Shown: piece after piece, positions 9,910-19,826 of the stretch
Layout of the letters: each line of letters starts with the position of its first letter
How positions within the stretch are numbered: the first letter of the stretch is position 1
Assembly: GCA_965368975.1 (NCBI GenBank)
Contig: CBDUPA010000003.1
Coordinates: 224,001-288,000, forward strand
Direction: 5' to 3'
From: an uncultured bacterium
Lineage (GTDB): Bacteria; Acidobacteriota; Thermoanaerobaculia; Multivoradales; JAHZIX01
Length of the DNA stretch: 64,000 bases
Made by a program: the position numbers and the translations under genes
Notes under the pieces: model-generated
The model's database searches: none
What the model saw: only the letters and a program-made list of their open reading frames with translations
What the model was told of the DNA's origin: nothing

Positions 9910-12900
9910 AGCAGAAGGCGGTGCCGGTGGCGCCGGACTGGAACCACAGTTCACCGCCAAGTCGGTAGACGAGACTCTGAGCGTAGGCCAGGCTGACGGC
10001 ACCGGCGCCGGGGCTCGCACCGAGTCGGCCAAAGAGGCGGAAGACACGGGACATGTCGTCACGCTCCAGGCGGCGGCCATCGTGCCACACCTCGAAATGC
10101 CAGGTGGGCCCGTATTGGTGCAGCTCTCCAGTGTCTTCCGGCATGCGGGGGAGCTCTCTCGCGCTGATGCTGATGCAACCGCCTTGGTCGGGCAGCTGAT
10201 GCAGGGCGTGGCGCAGCAGGTTGTCGAAGATGATGCGCACGAAGTCGCGATCGGTCGACAGGCGCGGCAGCCCTGAAACGCGCACCTCGACGTGGCGTGC
10301 TGCGAGTTCCTGCTGCAGATCGTTGAGCGGCTGGCGTACGAGATCGCGCAGATCGACCTCGCGCGCCCGTGGCTGGCGGCGACTGAGGCGGGTGAAGTGC
10401 AGGAAGGAGTCGAGGAGCTGGTCGAGGCGTGCGGCGGCTTGATCGATGAAGTTCAGTGCTTCCCACACCTCGGGGTCGAGCTGGTCTGACCGCGGCGTTG
10501 CACCACTTGCATCCGTCTCGACTTGCGTCCTGGCTGGAAGGGAGCGGCGCAGCTCTCCGGCAAAGCCGCGCAAGTTGACCAAGGGAGCGCGCAGGTCGTG
10601 CGCGGCGAGGGCGATGATTTCGTCTTTCTCGCGGTCCAGCGCCTGCAAGCGCCGGTTGGCGGCGGCCAGGCGTTCCGATTGTAGGCTGACCTCGGCGGTT
10701 CTTGCGGCGACGCGCTGCTCGAGGGATCGGGTGTGCCCTTTGAGCTTGCGGATGCGCAGGTGGTGAATCGTGAGGGTGCTCAAGCCGACGACTGCACCCA
10801 GGATTGCGTAGAACCACCAGCTGAGGTGGTAGGGGCGTTGGCGCTGGAAGTCGAGGCTGGCGATACCCCCACTGGCAGCTCCGAGGAATGTCGCCTCGAG
10901 AGTGAGGACGTGGTGGCCGGGTTCCAGGTTGGTCAAGAAGAGATGGCGGTCCGTGCCGAGGTCGCTCCACGTTCCGTCGCGGTCGAGACGGTAGCGATAG
11001 CGCAGACGCTCGGCGCGGCCGGGACTGATGCCGGTGAAACGCAACTCGAGATCATCCTCGTGGCTGTGTAGGCGTAGTTCTTCGCCGCCCGTGAGGTCGA
11101 CCCGGCGCGTCGAATTGACGACGGCGCTGACGAAGCGCGGCGGCGGCAGCGGGACGGAGGGGGCCAGTTGGCTGGGATCGATGCGTACGGCGCCACCGAG
11201 GGTAGGGAACCAGAGAAAGCCATCGCGATCCCGCAGGCCGGCGGGTTGGTGACCGCCGGTGCAGCCGCTGGCGGGCAGGCCGTCGTTCAAGCTGAAGTGA
11301 TCGGCCTGCAGCCGGCTGCGCTGACCCGTGACGAGTTCGGTCAGCTGTTCGCGGTCGAGGCTGTAGATGCCACGGTTGTGACTGATCCAGAGCTGACCCT
11401 TGTCACCACGCAAGACGCGAAACACGAAGTCGTCGGGCAGACCCTCGGCTTCGGTGAAATGGTGGACGGGGCCGGTGTTCTGCTGAACCTGGGGGTTGCG
11501 GGGGAACCAGAAGAGGCCGTCGCCGTAGGTGCCAACCCAGAGGTCGTCGAAGCCATCGCGGTGCAGGTCGAAGACCATGGCCTGGCGGAGGACGTCAGGC
11601 CGATACGGGGTCAGGGTGCCGCCGGGCGCGAGCCGAGTCAGGCCAGCCCGAGTGCCGAACCAGAGATTGCCGTCGGCATCCTCGTCGATGACGTGAACCC
11701 AGGGGTGGGTGAGGCCGTCTTCGAGGCCGAAACTCCTCCAGGATTGCCCGTCAAAGCGGCTGAGGCCGCCGCGCGTACCGACCCACAGCACGCCGTTGCG
11801 GTCCCGTAGCAGCGACATGACGAAGCCGTGGACGGGGCCTACTGCCGGTCCGGCCTCCGGGCCGTAGCGCAGGAAACGGCCGCCCTGGCGATGAAACAGG
11901 CCGTCACGGGTTCCTACCCAGAGGCTATCGTCCGTGTCGACCAGCAACGAAACGACGAAGTCGTTGCTCAGCCCTTGGGCAGGTCCGTAGGTGGAGATGG
12001 TGCCGTCCGGTGACAAGCGGTTGAGACCTTGCTGCGTTCCGATCCACAGCCCACCTTCGGAGTCTTGGGCAAGGGAAGAGGTGACGGAGGCCGACAACCC
12101 TTCGGCCGGCGTCCACGGCGTGAAGGTCGGCTGACGCAGGTGCACGAGACCCAGGAAGGTGCCGACCCAGAGGTTCTCGGCCGGGTCCAGGTACAAGCAG
12201 CGGATGCTGTCGGTCGGCAGCCGGTGGGCCTGGCCGAGAACCTGGCGACTTCCACCCAGACGTGGCTCAGAGCTGCCTGGCAGGCGCCAGAGGCCGGTGT
12301 CGGCGGCGATCCAGAGGACCCCCTGGGGGTCTTGCAGGAGCTGGTTGATGGTGCCGCTAGGGAGGGCATGGGCAGCTCCCTCGACAGCTGAGTGGAACTC
12401 TGGGTCCGGAGGCTGTGGCGACGCGGGCTGCCACGCGTCGTCGGCGAAGATCGCCAGACCGTTGGCTGTGCCAACCCAGAGGGTGCCGGTGTCGTCGTAG
12501 AGCAGGGCACGGATGTCCGCCGAAGCCGCCGTCGGACCGCCTGTTGCGGGACCCCCGTGATCGAGCAGGGTCTCACCGTCCCAGGAGCGCAGTCCGCCAC
12601 GGGTGCCGATCCACAGCGTCGAGCCGACGTGGAGTAGAGCGTTGACGTAGGCTGTGTCCTGCACGGTCGAGGGAGTTACGGCTCGGTCTCGTGCGAGCTG
12701 CTCGCCGGCTGGTGGGCCGTCCAGCGGCAGCGGGGTGAAGCGGTCCCCTTGCTGCACGAACAGGCCGCGCGGCGTCCCTATCCACAGACGGCCGCGCTCG
12801 TCGTGAACCAAGGCGTGAATGGCTGTTGCTGGCAGCCCGACCTCGGCTCCGAGTGCCGAGAAGCTGCCGCTGCCGTGCTGGGGGTCGTCGCCGGTCGGGC

Positions 12901-13357
12901 GATAGCGTCCCAGGCCGCGCGGCGTGCCGAGCCAGAAGCCACCCGCGCCGTCCGCCAACAGCACATCGACCTGATCGTGCAGCAGGCCATGACGCATCGG
13001 CCGGAAGGTCTCGAAGGACGTGCCGTCGAAGCGTGCCAGTCCTTGCTGTGTTCCGATCCACAGGTAGCCGTCACGGGTCTGGGTGATGCTGGAAATAACG
13101 GACTGCGGTAGTCCGTTGCGCGTGTCCCAGGTAGTGATGTCGAGCTGACTGAGGTGGAGTCCCGGGGCGAGGGCGTTCGCGGCAGATGCGAAGAGGAGCA
13201 GCAGAGTGGAGGCGGCGCGGTAGGCGCTGGCGAGGCGACGGCTGGTGCCTTGGTCCCAGGCTCGCTGGATGCGCGGCAGGCGAAAGCTCGACAGCGCCAG
13301 GCTGCAAGGAGCAAACCGGCTCGATCGGCGGGGCTTAGCCTTCGCCTGCGGCATCAT
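9692..13357 (-). CDS. Beta-propeller (Reg_prop repeats + Y_Y_Y) sensor histidine kinase with degenerate HATPase
   Basis: Many LWIGT/GL repeats, TM helix WWFYAILG, HisKA AAHDLRAPL; start uncertain (ATG 13357 or 13447). Confidence 0.85.
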   Translation of the reverse strand: MMPQAKAKPRRSSRFAPCSLALSSFRLPRIQRAWDQGTSRRLASAYRAASTLLLLFASAANALAPGLHLSQLDITTWDTRNGLPQSVISSITQTRDGYLWIGTQQGLARFDGTSFETFRPMRHGLLHDQVDVLLADGAGGFWLGTPRGLGRYRPTGDDPQHGSGSFSALGAEVGLPATAIHALVHDERGRLWIGTPRGLFVQQGDRFTPLPLDGPPAGEQLARDRAVTPSTVQDTAYVNALLHVGSTLWIGTRGGLRSWDGETLLDHGGPATGGPTAASADIRALLYDDTGTLWVGTANGLAIFADDAWQPASPQPPDPEFHSAVEGAAHALPSGTINQLLQDPQGVLWIAADTGLWRLPGSSEPRLGGSRQVLGQAHRLPTDSIRCLYLDPAENLWVGTFLGLVHLRQPTFTPWTPAEGLSASVTSSLAQDSEGGLWIGTQQGLNRLSPDGTISTYGPAQGLSNDFVVSLLVDTDDSLWVGTRDGLFHRQGGRFLRYGPEAGPAVGPVHGFVMSLLRDRNGVLWVGTRGGLSRFDGQSWRSFGLEDGLTHPWVHVIDEDADGNLWFGTRAGLTRLAPGGTLTPYRPDVLRQAMVFDLHRDGFDDLWVGTYGDGLFWFPRNPQVQQNTGPVHHFTEAEGLPDDFVFRVLRGDKGQLWISHNRGIYSLDREQLTELVTGQRSRLQADHFSLNDGLPASGCTGGHQPAGLRDRDGFLWFPTLGGAVRIDPSQLAPSVPLPPPRFVSAVVNSTRRVDLTGGEELRLHSHEDDLELRFTGISPGRAERLRYRYRLDRDGTWSDLGTDRHLFLTNLEPGHHVLTLEATFLGAASGGIASLDFQRQRPYHLSWWFYAILGAVVGLSTLTIHHLRIRKLKGHTRSLEQRVAARTAEVSLQSERLAAANRRLQALDREKDEIIALAAHDLRAPLVNLRGFAGELRRSLPARTQVETDASGATPRSDQLDPEVWEALNFIDQAAARLDQLLDSFLHFTRLSRRQPRAREVDLRDLVRQPLNDLQQELAARHVEVRVSGLPRLSTDRDFVRIIFDNLLRHALHQLPDQGGCISISARELPRMPEDTGELHQYGPTWHFEVWHDGRRLERDDMSRVFRLFGRLGASPGAGAVSLAYAQSLVYRLGGELWFQSGATGTAFCFTLPALAPERPSVQQPAPTSALPLESSPTSQPSPAPPEPPRPPATAGHAPADASPATASPPRADRPPHHSRR

Positions 13358-13585
13358 GCTTCTCCACAAGAGATCTCGACGAAATGGTTTTAGCGGGTTT
13401 TTGTCGCCAGGGACGAGCAAGCCCGCGTTCTGCGGGAACCAAGCCATCTGTCAAGAGATTGCCCGCTGGAGGAGGGGCTCCGAGGGGCGAAAACAACCAA
13501 TGAGAGATGAGGGTATCGTGGGGAAGGCTATGGTGTCCAGCTCGGGTCGGCGCCGCCAGACCTAGGGCTCAGCAAGACCTCAGGC

Positions 13586-14911
13586 TCAGCGACCGACCGC
13601 CGCTAGATGGACTCGGTTGCGGCCCCCACGCTTGGCTCGGTAGAGCGACGTGTCGGCGAGTTCTAGGACGTCCGGCGCTTTGCGCTGCGCCGGCCCGCGC
13701 TGGGCCGCGCCGATCGAGACGGTCACGCGCAGTTGATTCTGACGTCTGGCAGGCGCCTGGCCCCGGTTCTTGCGGTCGTTCGCCTTGGGGGTCTTGCGTG
13801 CTGGCCGGGGTGCTCGGCGCACCATGAAAGCTGTGTCGGCAATGCGCTGGCGCAGAGCCTCCAGGTGTTCTCCGGCTTCGACCAGGTTACGGCCTGGAAA
13901 GACGATCGTGAACTCCTCGCCGCCGTACCGGTACGCGTGTCCGCCGCCGCCGACCGTGTGCAGCTGTGCCGCGACCATGCGCAAAACCTGGTCGCCGACG
14001 TCGTGGCCGTGGCGGTCGTTGAGTTTCTTGAAGTGGTCGATGTCGACCATCGCCAGAGAGTAGCGGCCGGACAGCTGGCGTAAGCGATCTTGGAGGGCCC
14101 GCCGCCCGGGCAGTCCCGTCAGCTCGTCGCGGTAGGCGAGGGCGTAGCTGACCTCCAGCGTCGTCAGACCGAGCAAGAGGGTGCCGAGGCCGAGCAAGAG
14201 ATGCGCGCGTGGCTGCAAGGCCAAGGTTTCGAGGCTGTGGTGAGGCGGCCAGACGAGGAGCGGGACGGCGAGCGAGACCCAGGCGAAGGCGCGCGGCACT
14301 GGGTCGCGGGTGGGCAGGTAGCGGCCCAACTGCACGCAGGCGAGCAAGCCGAAGAAGGCCAAGTGCGGCCACGGTACGCCTGCCTCCGGCAGGCCCAAGT
14401 GCTGGTCGATCCAGCCTCCGGCGTCACCGACGAGCCAGCGGACCAGGGGCGAGGCCAGGGCATCCTCGATCTGCCCGTCTGCCGCCGCCGTCCGTCGTAC
14501 CACCCAGGCGATGAGCGCGGCGGGTAGCAGGAAGAGGGTCAGTTGCAGACCACCTTTGAGGGTCAGCAGACCGCGCTCCGGTAGCAGGGACGCGGCCAAC
14601 AAGGCCAGGCCGGCGAGGAAGGGCAGCAGGGTCAGCAGGCGTGCGAGGAGTTCCTCCAAGGGCGCGCTCGTGCTCGAGGTGACGAACAAGTGGACGGCCT
14701 GATCGCTCAGAGCCAGGACCACGATGCCGAAGATCAGCCGGCTGCGGTGGAAGCGAGCGGCGAGCAAGGCTAGGACCAGGCACAGTGGCCACAAGGGCCA
14801 AGCCAAGAGCGTCGTGATGCCGGCTCCGGCTTCGAGCTGCCGCAGAGCCAGCCAGAGAAGCGCCAGGGCCGCGGCGCCGGGCCACAGGCAGGAAAACAGG
14901 CTGCGTATCAC
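13586..14911 (-). CDS. Membrane-bound diguanylate cyclase (GGDEF)
   Basis: Multiple TM helices, DELTGLPGRR, DIDHFKKLND, YRYGGEEF; GTG 14911 overlaps the ppk1 stop (GTGA). Confidence 0.9.
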   Translation of the reverse strand: MIRSLFSCLWPGAAALALLWLALRQLEAGAGITTLLAWPLWPLCLVLALLAARFHRSRLIFGIVVLALSDQAVHLFVTSSTSAPLEELLARLLTLLPFLAGLALLAASLLPERGLLTLKGGLQLTLFLLPAALIAWVVRRTAAADGQIEDALASPLVRWLVGDAGGWIDQHLGLPEAGVPWPHLAFFGLLACVQLGRYLPTRDPVPRAFAWVSLAVPLLVWPPHHSLETLALQPRAHLLLGLGTLLLGLTTLEVSYALAYRDELTGLPGRRALQDRLRQLSGRYSLAMVDIDHFKKLNDRHGHDVGDQVLRMVAAQLHTVGGGGHAYRYGGEEFTIVFPGRNLVEAGEHLEALRQRIADTAFMVRRAPRPARKTPKANDRKNRGQAPARRQNQLRVTVSIGAAQRGPAQRKAPDVLELADTSLYRAKRGGRNRVHLAAVGR

Positions 14912-17055
14912 TCCTGGCGCCACCTGCCACCGTTTTCGAGCAGCCACTCCTGCGAGTTCAGCGGTGCTTCACCCTCAGCAGGTTGTACACGCTCGTAGGT
15001 GCCATCGGGCAGCAGTCGCCGTGCCTTGACGGTGTCGCGAAGATGCAGGAAGAGGATGTCGTCGCGGATGGCGCGGCGCAGCGTCGGATCCTCGACAGGG
15101 AACAGCGTCTCGACGCGGCCGTCCAGGTTGCGCGGCATCAGGTCGGCGCTGCCCAGCAGGATGTCTTCTTCGCCGTGGTTGAAGAAGTAGTAGATACGGC
15201 TGTGTTCCAGGAAGCGGCCGACGATCGAAGTGACGCTGATCGTCTCACTGAGCCCCGGCACGCCGGGAACCAGACCGCAGATACCGCGCACTTGCAGGTC
15301 GATCTTGACGCCCGCTTGCGACGCTTTATAGAGCGCATCGATGCAGGCTTTGTCGACCAGCGCATTGCACTTGAAGGTGATGTGACCGTCGCCATGCTGG
15401 CGGTGCATGTCGATCTCGCGTCGGATGCGTCGCAGCAGTTCCGTGCGCATGCGTCGCGGAGCGACCAGCAGGTTGCGGTAGTGCTCCTTGAGCGAGTAGC
15501 CCGTCAGGGCATTGAACAGGTCCGAGCCGTCTTCGCCGATGCTGGGTTCGCAGGTGAACAGGCCGACATCGGTATAGATGCGGGCGGTGATCGGGTTGTA
15601 GTTGCCGGTCGACAGGTGCACGTAGCGGCGAATGCCATCGTGCTCTCGGCGCACGACCAGACAGATCTTGGCGTGTGTCTTGAGCCCCATCACGCCGTAG
15701 ACCACGTGCACGCCGGCTTGTTCCAGCGCGCGTGCCCAGACGATGTTGTTCTCTTCGTCAAAGCGAGCCTTGAGCTCGACCAGCACGGACACCTGTTTGC
15801 CGTTCTCGCGTGCCTCGCGCAAGGCCTGCACGATGGGCGAGTCGGGTCCGACGCGGTAGAGCGTCTGCTTGATCGCCAGTACGTGCTCGTCGCGAGCGGC
15901 AGCGCGCAGGAAGTCGACTACCAGGTGGAAGCTGTCGAAGGGGTGGTAGAGCAGGATATGCCGGTGGCGCCGCAGCATCGAGAAGATGCTCTCGTCTCGA
16001 TGTGGCTGCGGCCGCATCATCGGCTGAAAGGGCGGAAACTTGAGCGCAGGTCGTTCCAGACTGGGCAGTTGCGAGAGATCGGAAAAGCCGATCGGCGCAC
16101 GTGTTGTGTACACCTGGTAGGGCTCGAGTCCCAGGTTCTGGACCAGCAGGTCGCGGATGTTCGCTGGCATTGCCTCGTCGACTTCCAGGCGCACAGCGGA
16201 ACCGAACTGACGCTGGCCGACGACCTCGGTCATGGCGTCGAGCAGGTCGGCGGCCTCGTCTTCTTCGATGTCCAGGTCGGCGTCGCGCGTGACGCGGAAG
16301 GGATGGGCGTCGGTCACGGTGCAGCCAGGAAATAGTAGATCCAGGTTGGCGGCTACCAGCTCTTCCATCCAGATAAAGTTCGGGGCCTTCTCCTCTTCTA
16401 GCCCCAGCCGTTCGTAGTCGTCGGCGCGTTCTTCGTCCGGCACGCGCAGCAGGCGCGGCAAGATCGCCGGGACTTTGAGGCGCGCGAACCGCCGTCCCTG
16501 CTCCGGGTGCTCGACGATCACCGCCAGGTTGATGCTCAGGTTGGAGATGTGGGGGAAAGGATGGCTGGGATCGGTGGCCAGCGGTGTCAGCACGGGGAAG
16601 ATGCGTTCCTTGAACAGGCGTCGTAGTAGCTTGCGTTGTTTGCCCTTGAGCTGGTCGAAGTGCAGCACACGGATGTTGACTTGGGTGAGCTTCGGTAGAA
16701 GGTCGTCATGCCACAGAGCACTGCTGGTATCGAGCATGGGCAGCACCCGCTCGCGGATCGCGCTCAGTTGTTCCCGCGGCGTCATGCCGTCGGGTGGTGC
16801 TTCGAGTACCTCACCTTCGAGCTGCCGGCGCAAACCCGAAACGCGGATCATGAAGAACTCGTCGAGGTTGCTGGCGAAGATCGACAGGAAGCGCACGCGT
16901 TCGAGCAGCGGGTTACCGGTGTCCAGTGCCTCTTCGAGTACGCGGCGATTGAACTCCAGCCAGGACAGCTCGCGGTTGAAGTAGCGGACGGTCGAGGTGT
17001 GCTTCGGGCCTGGCGTCCGCTTGCGGGGACGTTTGGCGGTGTCGACTTCGGTCAT
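14908..17055 (-). CDS. ppk1: Polyphosphate kinase 1
   Basis: YFNRELSWLEFNRRVL, SNLDEFFMIRV, ELKARFDEENN, KTHAK, TGNYN, GRFLEHSR, SADLMPRNL. Confidence 0.97.
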   Translation of the reverse strand: MTEVDTAKRPRKRTPGPKHTSTVRYFNRELSWLEFNRRVLEEALDTGNPLLERVRFLSIFASNLDEFFMIRVSGLRRQLEGEVLEAPPDGMTPREQLSAIRERVLPMLDTSSALWHDDLLPKLTQVNIRVLHFDQLKGKQRKLLRRLFKERIFPVLTPLATDPSHPFPHISNLSINLAVIVEHPEQGRRFARLKVPAILPRLLRVPDEERADDYERLGLEEEKAPNFIWMEELVAANLDLLFPGCTVTDAHPFRVTRDADLDIEEDEAADLLDAMTEVVGQRQFGSAVRLEVDEAMPANIRDLLVQNLGLEPYQVYTTRAPIGFSDLSQLPSLERPALKFPPFQPMMRPQPHRDESIFSMLRRHRHILLYHPFDSFHLVVDFLRAAARDEHVLAIKQTLYRVGPDSPIVQALREARENGKQVSVLVELKARFDEENNIVWARALEQAGVHVVYGVMGLKTHAKICLVVRREHDGIRRYVHLSTGNYNPITARIYTDVGLFTCEPSIGEDGSDLFNALTGYSLKEHYRNLLVAPRRMRTELLRRIRREIDMHRQHGDGHITFKCNALVDKACIDALYKASQAGVKIDLQVRGICGLVPGVPGLSETISVTSIVGRFLEHSRIYYFFNHGEEDILLGSADLMPRNLDGRVETLFPVEDPTLRRAIRDDILFLHLRDTVKARRLLPDGTYERVQPAEGEAPLNSQEWLLENGGRWRQE

Positions 17056-17129
17056 GTGGCTGGCTCCCTGGCGGATGGGCTCGGCACGCGAGCACGGAGA
17101 AACGGTTAGATGAGGGTATGCTACCGGAT

Positions 17130-17657
17130 ATGAGCCGGACTCTGATGTTACTCCGTCATGGCAAATCGGATTGGGCGGCCGATTTCGGCCACGATCGCGA
17201 CCGTCCGCTGGCTCCCCGAGGGCGGCGCGCGGCGCACCGAATAGGCCAGTTCGTGACTGCTGCCGGCTGGCTGCCGCAGCGCGTGCTCACGTCACCTGCC
17301 CGTCGGGCTGCAGGTACCGTCGAGCGTGCCGCCGAGGCCGGGGGATGGCTGCAGGTCCAGGATGATGGCAGTCGCTGCCCGGTGGTGATCGAGGAAGCCT
17401 TGTACGAGTCGACGCCCGAGCGTGTGCTCGAGGTGCTCAAGGCGCAGCCGCGCGAGGCCGAGCGCCTACTGCTGGCGGGCCACGAGCCGACATGGTCGCA
17501 GCTGGCGTCAAGGCTGATCGGAGGTGGTCGCCTGCGTGTCCCGACCGCGGCCCTGATCGGAGTTCGCTTCGATGCCGAGAGCTGGGCCGATGTGGCCTTC
17601 GCTGGTGGAGAGCTTCTTTTCTTGCTGCCAGCCCGTTGGCTCGATACAGAAGGGTAG
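17130..17657 (+). CDS. sixA: SixA-like phosphohistidine phosphatase
   Basis: LLRHGKSDW, DRPL..RG, SPARRA, GHEP; TATGCT box 7 nt upstream of ATG 17130. Confidence 0.85.
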   Translation: MSRTLMLLRHGKSDWAADFGHDRDRPLAPRGRRAAHRIGQFVTAAGWLPQRVLTSPARRAAGTVERAAEAGGWLQVQDDGSRCPVVIEEALYESTPERVLEVLKAQPREAERLLLAGHEPTWSQLASRLIGGGRLRVPTAALIGVRFDAESWADVAFAGGELLFLLPARWLDTEG

Positions 17658-17712
17658 CGCTGGCGGCCAGGCGAGGGCGGTAGGGTAGGGAAGGTAGGGA
17701 ACAGGGAAGAGC

Positions 17713-17741
17713 TTGCCGGCCTGGAGCCCCTCTGTTAGCCT
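17713..17741 (+). promoter_or_regulatory. Putative sigma70 promoter of purA
   Basis: TTGCCG-N17-TAGCCT with TG extended -10. Confidence 0.5.
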
Positions 17742-17787
17742 CGGGCGCCCTCGGTTGCCTTGGGGGTTTGGCAAAGGAACTAGACGC

Positions 17788-19131
17788 ATGAGCAATCTTC
17801 TGATCGTAGGTATGCAGTGGGGTGATGAGGGCAAGGGCAAGATCGTGGATCTCTTGTGCCCGGCCTTCGACGCCGCTGTTCGCTATCAGGGTGGACACAA
17901 CGCCGGTCATACGGTGAAGTTCGCGGATCGACACTTTTCGCTCCACCTGATCCCCTCGGGCATCGTCCACGGCGGCAAGCAAGCGGTGCTCGGCAACGGC
18001 ATGGTGATTGCGCCCGAAGCTTTCCTGAAGGAGCTCGACGGCCTGCGCCAGCAGGGGATCGACGTCGAGGGACGCCTGTTCGTCTCGGACCGTGCTCACG
18101 CCGTGCTGCCGTACGCCGTCGATCTCGACCAGGCGCGCGAAGCGGCGCGCGGTGACGACAAGATTGGCACCACGGCGCGCGGTATCGGCCCGGCCTACGA
18201 AAGCAAGACATCGCGTTTCGGTTTCCGGCTCGGCGACCTCGGCACAGCTGCGATGGAAGCTCGGCTGGGGGCCCAGCTGGCGCGCGTCCAGGCCGAGCTA
18301 CAGTCGTTGGGTGCCGCCCCTGCACTGTCGCAAGCCGAGCTCGTGGAACGCTGCGGACGGTGGGCTGAAGAGCTGGCGCCGTACGTCTGCGATACGGTTC
18401 AACTGCTGCACGGCTGGCTGCGCGAGGGGCGTTCGTTGCTGCTGGAAGGTGCCCAGGGCACGCTGCTCGACATCGACCACGGAACCTATCCCTTCGTCAC
18501 GAGCTCCAACTCGACCGCTGGCGGTGCTTGCACCGGTACCGGTCTGCCGCCGCGCGCGATCGACGGCGCGCTCGGCGTGCTCAAGGCCTACACGACACGC
18601 GTTGGCGAGGGGCCGTTCGTCACCCAGGCGGAGGCCGAAGCGGCCGAGCGTCTGCGGGCTCGCGGCAACGAATTCGGCACCACGACCGGGCGCCCGCGCC
18701 GCTGTGGCTGGCTCGACCTGCCGGCGGTGCGCTACGCCTGCCAGGTCAACGGGTTGGATGCCATTGCCCTGACCAAGCTCGACGTGCTCGACGACCTGGC
18801 CGAGATTCCGGTCTGCGTGGGCTACCGTTTGCCTGACGGCCGCCGCGTCGACGACTATACGCGCGCCGTCGAGAGCACGGCGGGCGGTACGGTAGAACCG
18901 ATCTATGAGACGCTGCCCGGCTGGCAGCAGGACACCGTCGGCGTGCTCGACTTCGACGCGCTACCGCAAAGGGCCCGGGAGTACGTCCGCTTCGTCGAGG
19001 AGCAGGCCGGAGCGCCGGTTGCGTTGATTTCGAGTGGGCCTCGGCGGGAGGAAACGGTGGTGCGCGAGTTGCCGATCGTCGAGCAGATGTTGGGGGATGG
19101 GGTGGAGGTGGTGCGGAGGCAGTTGCGGTAG
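17788..19131 (+). CDS. purA: Adenylosuccinate synthetase
   Basis: QWGDEGKGK, GGHNAGHT, IGTT, EGAQG, GTYPFVTSS, EFGTTTGRPRRCGW. Confidence 0.97.
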   Translation: MSNLLIVGMQWGDEGKGKIVDLLCPAFDAAVRYQGGHNAGHTVKFADRHFSLHLIPSGIVHGGKQAVLGNGMVIAPEAFLKELDGLRQQGIDVEGRLFVSDRAHAVLPYAVDLDQAREAARGDDKIGTTARGIGPAYESKTSRFGFRLGDLGTAAMEARLGAQLARVQAELQSLGAAPALSQAELVERCGRWAEELAPYVCDTVQLLHGWLREGRSLLLEGAQGTLLDIDHGTYPFVTSSNSTAGGACTGTGLPPRAIDGALGVLKAYTTRVGEGPFVTQAEAEAAERLRARGNEFGTTTGRPRRCGWLDLPAVRYACQVNGLDAIALTKLDVLDDLAEIPVCVGYRLPDGRRVDDYTRAVESTAGGTVEPIYETLPGWQQDTVGVLDFDALPQRAREYVRFVEEQAGAPVALISSGPRREETVVRELPIVEQMLGDGVEVVRRQLR

Positions 19132-19182
19132 GGGGAGAAAGGCTAGTTCAGCGCTTAAGCACACCTGTCCGAGGAGTAGAGA

Positions 19183-19551
19183 ATGGCTATCATGTCGGCG
19201 GCTGAACGTGCGGCGCAGATCTGGGCGGTTCTCGGACTTGCTGCACGGAATCGGCAGATCCTTACCTACAAGATGGTCGGTCGTCTGATAGGTGTACCGG
19301 CACATGGCCTAGGACAGCTTCTTGAGCCGATTCAATCGTTCTGTCTGCTCAACCAACTTCCGCCGCTCACAATTTTGGTAGTCTTAGAAAAGACAGGGTT
19401 GCCGAGTACCGGATTTAGTGGAGCGCCCGCTGATGAGTTGGCGAGGCAACAGCTCGATGTATTCGCTTTCGATTGGATTGAGCATGGAGCTCCGACGCCC
19501 GATGAACTGGCGCAGGCGGCGGATGAGATGAAGCATCGACAGAACTCTTGA
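19183..19551 (+). CDS. Small hypothetical protein, probable winged-helix DNA-binding fold
   Basis: GAGGAG RBS; LTY..VG.LIG, LPPLTILVV..TGLPSTGF pattern; AT-richer than flanks. Confidence 0.65.
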   Translation: MAIMSAAERAAQIWAVLGLAARNRQILTYKMVGRLIGVPAHGLGQLLEPIQSFCLLNQLPPLTILVVLEKTGLPSTGFSGAPADELARQQLDVFAFDWIEHGAPTPDELAQAADEMKHRQNS

Positions 19552-19574
19552 GTATTAGGAGCACTGGAGAGAGT

Positions 19575-19760
19575 ATGAATTTTCAGCTAGATGGCAAGGA
19601 CTTGGAGCTTATTCTAGAGTCTCTGAGATACACGAAGGAGAGGTTCTCGACCTACGATGGCTACCCATCCGAGGACTTCAGGAAGGAAAGGATTGAGCAG
19701 GTTGAACGCACGCTAGCAAAGCTGCGTTCTGCCAAGTCTACGACTGAGGGTGCAGCATAG
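19575..19760 (+). CDS. Small hypothetical protein (61 aa)
   Basis: GGAGAG RBS before ATG 19575; helical charged sequence. Confidence 0.5.
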   Translation: MNFQLDGKDLELILESLRYTKERFSTYDGYPSEDFRKERIEQVERTLAKLRSAKSTTEGAA

Positions 19761-19826
19761 AGCTTCTGAGCTAGCTGCCGAGAGTGGCGGAGGAGAGGAG
19801 CTAGTTCTTTCCCTTAAGGAGTTATC

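Noticed and set aside
14983-16335. Long antisense ORFs (also 3506-4705, 32928-34175, 52927-54393, 54591-56135, 59710-60711)
   Set aside because: Shadow frames opposite well-supported genes, expected at high GC; no recognisable motifs
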